DNA from: Candidatus Eiseniibacteriota bacterium
GTDB lineage: Bacteria; Eisenbacteria; RBG-16-71-46; JABDJR01
Assembly (NCBI GenBank): GCA_963783375.1
Contig: CAWANH010000001.1
Location: 176,830 to 240,829 of the forward strand
Direction of reading: 5' to 3'
Length of the DNA stretch: 64,000 bases
Below, piece after piece: positions 57,699 through 64,000 of the stretch. How positions within the stretch are numbered: the stretch's first letter is position 1; each line of letters starts with the position of its first letter. The notes below the pieces were generated by a model. It saw only the letters and a program-made list of their open reading frames with translations. It did not search any database and was not told where the DNA came from. A program made the translations under genes and the position numbers.

Positions 57699-57899
57699 CG
57701 ATGCTCCTCGCTCGGTGTAGGTCTTGCCGGGCGCCGGCCGGCGGTGGAACCCGGGGCGGCCCCCGCTCCCTGACTTACGAGTAATCCGCCCCCCGGGTTG
57801 CCCCGTCAAGGGGCCGCGTCACCTCCCCGAGCGGGCCGGTCCCGGCGCCCCGGGGCCGGCCGCCGGGCTCCGAACGGCGCCACTGCCCCGGCCGCCCGG

Positions 57900-59498
57900 T
57901 CAGAACGCCAGGGGCCGCCCGTCGGCGCGCCGGTCGCTCCCCGCTCCGTAGACCCCTTGGGGGTCGCGGAGGATGATCTGCCCGCGGCCGAAGGGCGAGG
58001 GGTCACCGGTCCGCGAGAGGTCGTGGCCCCACGCCCGGAGCGCGTCGGTGGTTTCCCGGGGCCAGGCCGACTCGGCCTCGACCCCGAGCCCGTCGTTCCA
58101 CATCCAGCGCGGAAGGTCCAGGGCGCTCTGGGGGGAAAGGCCGAAATCCACCAGGTCCCGCACCACCTGCACGTGCCCCTGGGGCTGCATGTGCCCTCCC
58201 ATCACCCCAATCGGTCCCCAGGGCTCACCTCCCCGGAACAGGAAGCCGGGAATGATGGTGTGAAACGGCCGCATCCCCCCCGCGGCCTCGTTCACGTGGC
58301 CGGGTTCCAGGGAGAACCCCGCGCCCCGGTTCTGGAGCGCGATCCCGGTTCGCGGTACCACCACCCCCGAGCCGAACCCCATGTAGTTGGACTGGATCCA
58401 GCTCACCATCATCCCGTCGCGATCGGCGGCGGCCAGGTATACGGTCCCGTGGTCGGGGGGGATCCCGGTGGTGCGCGCCTCGGCCCGGGGCCCGATGAGC
58501 GCCCGCCTCGAGGCCACATAGTCCTCCTCCAGCAACGCATGGAACTCCACCCGCATCCGATCCGGATCGGCCACGTGGACCTGGGCGTCGGCGAAGGCCA
58601 GCTTCACCGCCTCGATGGAGGCATGCACGCCGCGCGGGTCGGCCCAGGAATCCCCCGGCTCCAGCCCGTCCAGGATCCGCAGAGCGGAGAGCGCCACGAT
58701 CCCCTGTCCGTTGGGAGGGATCTCCCAGAGTTCCACGTCGCGGTAGCGCGCGCCGATCGGTTCCACCCAGGCGCTCCGGTGAGCGGCCAGGTCCTCCGCG
58801 CGAAGGAGGCCCCCGGTCTCCCGGGAGAACCGGTCGATCTCCCCGGCCAGGCGCCCCCGGTAGAAATCCTCCGCCCCGGAGCGGGCGATCCGGGCCAGGG
58901 TGCGCGCGTGGTGGGGGAGCTTCACCCGCTCCCCGGGCTCGGGGGCGCGGCCGTCCCGGGTGAAGGTCCCGGGCCAGGCGGCGAACTCCGGGCCCTCGAA
59001 CCGCGCGTAGACGTCCGCGGCGCGTTTCCAGAAGTGCGAAACCACCGGCGGAACCGGCGCGCCGCGATAAGCCAGGTCCACCGCGGGCCGAAGCACGTCC
59101 TCGAAGTCCAACCGCCCGAAGCGCGCGTGGACCTCCTGCCAGGCCGCCGGCGCTCCCGGCACGGTGACCGGAAGCCAGCCGCGGGCGGGCATGGCGTGGT
59201 GGCCGGCGGAGCGTGCGTCGTCCGCGGCGAGGAGCACGGGGGCGCGGCCGCTTCCGTTCAGGCCATGGAGCTTTCCCTCCGCCCACACCAGGGCGAAAGC
59301 GTCGGAGCCGATGCCGTTCGAGGTGGGTTCGACCACGGTCAGGGCGGCGGCCATGGCCACCGCGGCATCGGCCGCCGAGCCTCCTTCACGGAGGATGTGC
59401 AACCCGGCTTCCGCGGCCAGCGGGTGCGAGGTGGCGCAGGCGCCGTGAGCGCCGTAGACCGTGCGATCGGGGGGGAATCCCGTCGACTCCTCGAACAT
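57900..59498 (-). CDS. Gamma-glutamyltransferase family protein (YwrD-like Ntn hydrolase)
   Basis: VVEPTSNGIGSD, PPNGQG, G|TVYL nucleophile, QSNYMGFGSG, PFHTIIPG, GVMGGHMQPQG. Confidence 0.92.
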   Translation of the reverse strand: MFEESTGFPPDRTVYGAHGACATSHPLAAEAGLHILREGGSAADAAVAMAAALTVVEPTSNGIGSDAFALVWAEGKLHGLNGSGRAPVLLAADDARSAGHHAMPARGWLPVTVPGAPAAWQEVHARFGRLDFEDVLRPAVDLAYRGAPVPPVVSHFWKRAADVYARFEGPEFAAWPGTFTRDGRAPEPGERVKLPHHARTLARIARSGAEDFYRGRLAGEIDRFSRETGGLLRAEDLAAHRSAWVEPIGARYRDVELWEIPPNGQGIVALSALRILDGLEPGDSWADPRGVHASIEAVKLAFADAQVHVADPDRMRVEFHALLEEDYVASRRALIGPRAEARTTGIPPDHGTVYLAAADRDGMMVSWIQSNYMGFGSGVVVPRTGIALQNRGAGFSLEPGHVNEAAGGMRPFHTIIPGFLFRGGEPWGPIGVMGGHMQPQGHVQVVRDLVDFGLSPQSALDLPRWMWNDGLGVEAESAWPRETTDALRAWGHDLSRTGDPSPFGRGQIILRDPQGVYGAGSDRRADGRPLAF

Positions 59499-59501
59499 CC
59501 T

Positions 59502-62183
59502 TTACTTGACCTCGGGAATGAGCTGTCGCTCCACCGCCGGGAGGGCGTGCACCTCGTCGTAACGTCCCCACTTCTCCCGGTACACGTATTCGGGAGGGGC
59601 GCCGCGTTTCGCGCGCTCGCGAATCGGCGCCAGGGTCTTCGATGCTTCGGCGCCCTTCCCCTGGGCGATCTGGGCCCGGGCCTTGACGATCGCGGCCAGG
59701 TCGCACCAGGGTCCGAAGCCCAGCGCGGATTCGGCGGCCGCCGCCGCCCGCCCGGCGTCGCCGCGGGCCAGGGCCACCCAGGCTTCGAGGGCCAGCGTGG
59801 TGGGGTCCTCGGGATCGAGGAGGAGCGCGGCCCTCACCTGCTCCTCGGCCCGGTCGGTCTCCCCCGCCCGGAGCAGGTCCCGGGCGTAGTCGTCGCGGAG
59901 GGGCACCACCCCGGTCCGGAGTCGCACCGCCTCGTCGTACCGTTTCCACGCCGCGCTCCACTCCCCGGCCAGGGCGCGGGCGGTGGCGGTTCCCCAGAGC
60001 CCCTCGGGGCTGTCGCTCTGATAGGCGAGCACGCTGTCGTAGGCGGCCAGGGCGCCGGAAGCGTCCCCCACCGCCCAGCGGTAACCGCCGAGGGCGAGGT
60101 CCACCTGGTATCGCTCCTCCTCCCGGACCCCGGGCCGGGCGGCGGCCAGGGCGGCGATGGTCGCCTTCAGATCGCTTCCCGCGTGGCGCATGGCGTCGGC
60201 CCGGCGGACGGCCAGGGACGCGCTCTCCGGATCGTCGGCCGCGGCCCGTTCCGCCGTCGCCGACGCCTCCTTGGCGCGGTCCGCCACCGTGAGCGCGTAG
60301 ACCAGCGATCCGGTGGCCGACTCCTCACCCGGGCTCCTGGCCAGCGCCTTCCGGTAGGAGGCGATGGCCTCGTCGGGGCGGCCCCGCTCCAGGGCGTCGT
60401 CCCCCCGGTTGGCGTATCCCACCGCGTAGCAGCTCTCCACGTCGGCGGTGGTCATGAGTTCCCGGACCAGGGCCATGAGCGCCGGATCCATTTTTGCCAG
60501 GCGTTCGCGCACGATTTCCCGGGTATCGTATTGGTCCCGGCGCGGCGACTCCAGGGAGTTGGCCCCCTCGGCGAAGTACTCCCACACGCTTCCCGAGGCG
60601 TAGCGGCTCAGGAACGCGTCTCCGGTCTTCTCGTCCCGCTCCTTGGTCTCCCGGTAGAGTTCCTGGATCTGGCGTTTGCGCTCGGCCGGAAGCACGCCGT
60701 GGACCTGGTGGGTGAGCTCGTGGAGCACGGTGTTGTAACGGTCGTGGATGGTGCGCTCCACGTCCTCTACCCCGGTCACGGTGTGATAGCCGCCGCAGCC
60801 CCGGACGTCGTCCCAGAGGCGCGAGTCGTAGCTGATGCGCTGATCCCGCAGGGTCTCCTGCCCCGGGGTCTCCGAGAGCAGCTCGTAGAGCGGCTTGATG
60901 TAGTAGGTGGCCCCGGACTCGATCAGCACCGGGATGTACCGCTTCCAGGGCGCGATGGAGAGCGCGACCCGCTTCTGGTGGCGGGGGCTCAAGGCGTTCC
61001 AGTTCTCCACGAAGCTCTCGATCCCCGGGACGTCGGGCATGGGCGCCGCGGCGAAGACCTTCTCGTAGTCCGAAAGGTGGACCTCCACCGCCAGGCGCTC
61101 CGCCTCCAGCGCCTTGGCCAGGCCGTTGTGGGCGCGGCCGTATTCGGGACAGACCCCCAGCGCCTTCACGAACCAGCTTCCCGCCGTCTTGTAGCTCCCC
61201 CGATCCCATTCCATCGATCCCAGACGGACCATGACGTCCGCCCAGTCCGGGTAGGCGTGCCGGAGGGCCAGGTAGGCGCGGAGCGCATCCGCCGGCCGGC
61301 CCGCGGCCAGGAGGGAGTCGGCCCGGGCCAGGGTCTCCCTTCCCGGCCCGGTGGCGAACGCTCCCGGGTAGGCGGCGAAGAGCTGGCTGTAGTTCTTCCG
61401 CGCGTAGCCGTTTCCAAGCATGTAGTGGGCCATCTCGTCGTAGGGCGCGATCCGGACCGCCAGCTCGTCGGCGTCGATGGCCTCGTCGGTTCGCCCCAGG
61501 CGAATCAGGGTCACGGCCAGGCTCCCCAGGAGATCGGGGGCGGGGACGGAAAGGGCGAGGGCCCGGGTCAGATGCGCCAGCGACCGGTCGAAGTCGCGCT
61601 TCTTGTAGGCGGTCTCCCCCAGGCCCTGATAGGCGCGGGCGCTGTCCGCGGGGCCGGCGGCCGCGGCCAGGGCCTCCTCGTAGCCTTTCCGCGCGCCGTC
61701 GTAGTCCAGGAGCTTGGAGCGGAGCAGGGCGGCGGCCAGGCGGTCCGCTTCGTTCATGGCCCCGGCGTCCAACCGCGCCTGGATGGCCGCATCCACCGAG
61801 GCCAGATCGTCCACCGTGAACCACCACCGGTAGACCAGGCGCCGGGCCTCGGGATCGTCGGGATACTCGGTGCGGAGAGTGTCGATCAAGGGTGCAAGGT
61901 GCTCGAAGTCCACCACCGCAAAGAGGATCCTCGCGGCGGCCACCCGGCCGTCGCGGCCCATCGCAAGGAGCTTCGGGACCATGTCCTCGGCGTCGTCGTG
62001 GTGTCCGGTCTGAAGCAGGAGCGGCGCCGCGGCCAGCGCTCCCGGAGCGGCGTTCAGCTCCTCCTGGGCCCGGTCGATCTTGGCTCGGACCGGGGCCAGG
62101 AGATCCTCTGCGCCGGCGCCGGGGGCGATGACGAGGAACGAGCAGGCGGTCAGGGCGGCGATGTGGACGTAGAGGGCTCTCAC
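59502..62183 (-). CDS. Secreted TPR-repeat protein with central ATLF/PPEP-like zinc metallopeptidase domain
   Basis: Signal peptide; TPR arrays either side of WDDVRGCGG...VLHELTHQVH...EYFAEG. Confidence 0.8.
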   Translation of the reverse strand: MRALYVHIAALTACSFLVIAPGAGAEDLLAPVRAKIDRAQEELNAAPGALAAAPLLLQTGHHDDAEDMVPKLLAMGRDGRVAAARILFAVVDFEHLAPLIDTLRTEYPDDPEARRLVYRWWFTVDDLASVDAAIQARLDAGAMNEADRLAAALLRSKLLDYDGARKGYEEALAAAAGPADSARAYQGLGETAYKKRDFDRSLAHLTRALALSVPAPDLLGSLAVTLIRLGRTDEAIDADELAVRIAPYDEMAHYMLGNGYARKNYSQLFAAYPGAFATGPGRETLARADSLLAAGRPADALRAYLALRHAYPDWADVMVRLGSMEWDRGSYKTAGSWFVKALGVCPEYGRAHNGLAKALEAERLAVEVHLSDYEKVFAAAPMPDVPGIESFVENWNALSPRHQKRVALSIAPWKRYIPVLIESGATYYIKPLYELLSETPGQETLRDQRISYDSRLWDDVRGCGGYHTVTGVEDVERTIHDRYNTVLHELTHQVHGVLPAERKRQIQELYRETKERDEKTGDAFLSRYASGSVWEYFAEGANSLESPRRDQYDTREIVRERLAKMDPALMALVRELMTTADVESCYAVGYANRGDDALERGRPDEAIASYRKALARSPGEESATGSLVYALTVADRAKEASATAERAAADDPESASLAVRRADAMRHAGSDLKATIAALAAARPGVREEERYQVDLALGGYRWAVGDASGALAAYDSVLAYQSDSPEGLWGTATARALAGEWSAAWKRYDEAVRLRTGVVPLRDDYARDLLRAGETDRAEEQVRAALLLDPEDPTTLALEAWVALARGDAGRAAAAAESALGFGPWCDLAAIVKARAQIAQGKGAEASKTLAPIRERAKRGAPPEYVYREKWGRYDEVHALPAVERQLIPEVK

Positions 62184-62293
62184 GATGCGTTCTCCCGAGG
62201 CCGCGCGAGGCGGCCTCTTTCGTGTCCGAGGGTCCGGAGATTATACGGGTCCCACGGGGAGGTGTGGAGGCGCGGCACCCCGCCCGCTTGCCG

Positions 62294-62306
62294 GGCGGTG
62301 TACCCG
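62294..62306 (+). repeat. 13-bp inverted repeat, left copy (pairs with 63948-63960)
   Basis: GGCGGTGTACCCG is the exact reverse complement of CGGGTACACCGCC at 63948-63960. Confidence 0.6.
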
Positions 62307-62330
62307 CATATGGACTCCTCCCGTCCAGGG

Positions 62331-63752
62331 TCATTCGGGGCCCGAGGCGGTCTGGGTACCCTCGGGAATCACCGGAGCGGGCGCCCTCAACATCCGACCC
62401 AGAAGTTCCCGGCCGGTGCGTTCCCCCATCTCGTGGATCGCCCGATGGCAGCTCGCGCAGAGGGTCACCAGGTTCCCGGGCGTGTTCGTCCCCCCGGCCG
62501 AGCGGGGCTTGCGATGGTGCACGGAGAGGAACCGGCCGCTTCCGCACCCGGCGACCCGGCAGCGATGGCCGTCCCGTTCCAGAACCCTGCGGCGCAGGGC
62601 CGGCGGGATCACCGCCCGGTTCTTCGCTCCCCGGCGGTGGACCCGGGCATCGCAGAGGATCGCCGCCAGCTCGGCCGGATGGAGCGGCTTCGGTCCGCGC
62701 CCGGTCAGAACCTCCCCTCTCCCGCAGTCCTCGCAGCGCCGGATCACCACCTGGTACGGAGTGCTCGCGAACACCCGGGTACACCGGGCGGGAGGATCCT
62801 CCACACCAGCGACCGCAGCAGGCCGGTTCTCATCTGCGGGGCGCGCCCCTACCCATGGCGCGTTCGAGCCGGGCCGTGGGACGGCGCTCCCCTCCGTACC
62901 CGCACCGACCGAAGACGCCTTCACGTTCGACTCCGAGACGGCGGAAGTCTTCACTCCCGCCCCCGGGGTACGACCCTCCCCGGCCAGCGCAGCCAGCCCG
63001 GCCACGATCAGGTCCTCCACCGGGCCCTTCCATCCCTGCTTGCGTAGCTTCTCCACCAGCGCCCCGTACTCCGCGTACCGGAGCGCGGGGAAGCGAAGAC
63101 GGACCTCCTCGGGGATCTCGTGGACCAGCGCGGCCCGTCGACCTTCCCCGGTTTCCCCCCGGCCACCGGTATTCGGGCGCTTTCCGTCCGCAGTCTCCCC
63201 CGCACCCTCCACCGCGGGGGTGCCGGCGCCGCTTGGTAACGCACGCGCAGCGCCGTTCTCGTCCGCCGAACCCCGGTCCCGCCCCACCGCCTCCGTCGCC
63301 GCCAGCGCCAGGCTCTCCTGCCCCCGCATGGGACCTCGGCTCTCCTTCACCCGTCCCCGGGCCGCGGCGATCTTCCGCTCCAGCGCGCGCCGGCTCGAAC
63401 GCTTCGCCTCGTCGACCCACGCGCGTTCGGTCTCGGGAGTCGCCACCTTCACCACCTCCCGCGCCTTGGTCCAGGGCATCTCCCCCGCGGCCAGGGACTC
63501 GTGGAGCGCGGGGAGCCGCTTCAACGACTCGGCCAGACGGATGAACTGCACGCACCTGCTCTTGGAGAAGCCGTGGCGCTCGGCGGTGTAGGCGAAGATG
63601 GAGGTGTAGCCGAGCTCCAGGTAGAGCTTCCGCCGGTAGAGGTCGGCGAACCAGAGAACCAGATTCCTCCGGACGGCCTCGGCTTCGTGGAGCGTGCGCG
63701 AGAAGCGGTCGTGAACCTGCCGCGCCGGCAGGTTGGGCTCGTAAACCGGCAT
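62331..63752 (-). CDS. HNH endonuclease with DUF222-like N-terminal region
   Basis: C-terminal RDGHRCRVAGC...VHHRKP...GGTN...NLVTLCASCHRAIH, CEDC, helical N-terminus and a low-complexity linker. Confidence 0.88.
   Translation of the reverse strand: MPVYEPNLPARQVHDRFSRTLHEAEAVRRNLVLWFADLYRRKLYLELGYTSIFAYTAERHGFSKSRCVQFIRLAESLKRLPALHESLAAGEMPWTKAREVVKVATPETERAWVDEAKRSSRRALERKIAAARGRVKESRGPMRGQESLALAATEAVGRDRGSADENGAARALPSGAGTPAVEGAGETADGKRPNTGGRGETGEGRRAALVHEIPEEVRLRFPALRYAEYGALVEKLRKQGWKGPVEDLIVAGLAALAGEGRTPGAGVKTSAVSESNVKASSVGAGTEGSAVPRPGSNAPWVGARPADENRPAAVAGVEDPPARCTRVFASTPYQVVIRRCEDCGRGEVLTGRGPKPLHPAELAAILCDARVHRRGAKNRAVIPPALRRRVLERDGHRCRVAGCGSGRFLSVHHRKPRSAGGTNTPGNLVTLCASCHRAIHEMGERTGRELLGRMLRAPAPVIPEGTQTASGPE
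62768..62786 (+). repeat. 19-bp direct repeat inside the HNH gene (second copy at 63940-63958)
   Basis: CGAACACCCGGGTACACCG is identical at both positions. Confidence 0.75.
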
Positions 63753-63801
63753 GATGCGTCCTTCCCGGAAAGTGGGTTGGACGGGGAAGGTCGATACCAG
63801 A

Positions 63802-63830
63802 AGTATGATTGGTCGTCATCGATAAGTCAA
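63802..63830 (-). promoter_or_regulatory. sigma70-type promoter of the HNH gene
   Basis: TTGACT-N17-CATACT with a T-rich UP-like tract upstream. Confidence 0.65.
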
Positions 63831-63939
63831 CCAAAAAAACGTAGAACTCGCACTTTTAATGCGAACCATCGGCACGGAGTTGCCCGAACGATCACACGTG
63901 ATGACTCGCCGGACGCCCCGCTTCAGCCGGGAGCGTCAC

Positions 63940-63960
63940 CGAACACCCGGGTACACCGCC
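63940..63960 (+). repeat. Right repeat: 19-bp direct-repeat copy and 13-bp inverted-repeat copy
   Basis: CGAACACCCGGGTACACCGCC. Confidence 0.7.
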
Positions 63961-64000
63961 GCGTCGCCCACCGGCTGAGTTCACCCCCGGACCCCCGGTA

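Noticed and set aside
57798-63047. 1749-aa plus-strand ORF
   Set aside because: Antisense shadow of ggt, the TPR peptidase and the HNH gene; stop-poor reverse frames are expected at this GC content and it has no recognisable motifs.
63870-63884. CGGCACGGAGTTGC as a sigma54 promoter
   Set aside because: GG-to-GC spacing is one base short of the strict requirement.

Overview
GC-rich (~70%) bacterial chromosomal window with about 55 genes and no rRNA, tRNA, CRISPR array, transposase or phage genes that I could recognise. Secreted proteins ending in PVE-x-TTW-x-x-IK suggest a Candidatus Eisenbacteria/Krumholzibacteriota/Latescibacterota-like organism (inference). Housekeeping content: hemE-hemN, cdd, mazG, rsgA-crcB-DUF190, tal, alr, a 2-oxoacid dehydrogenase operon with lipB-lipA (two apparent frameshifts), a sugar ABC transporter and many peptidases. 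Main things missed by the ORF track: (1) two UGA-selenocysteine genes, namely selD (GAG-U-ACK) and a DCC1/DUF393-like thioredoxin-fold protein with a U-x-x-C active site, each followed by a SECIS-like hairpin; (2) selD sits directly upstream of a JAB protease and a ubiquitin-like/E1/rhodanese fusion, a possible selenium-carrier relay; (3) a ~125-230 nt G.U-rich rod-shaped RNA candidate upstream of an unusual FG-GAP-propeller histidine kinase and a degenerate enhancer-binding regulator; (4) a tightly coupled four-gene DUF6754-type membrane operon of unknown function; (5) an HNH gene bracketed by 13-bp inverted repeats with an internal 19-bp copy; (6) a sigma54 circuit (binding protein-kinase-NtrC, with candidate enhancer sites) upstream of envelope genes. 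All calls come from reading the sequence by eye; no searches were run.
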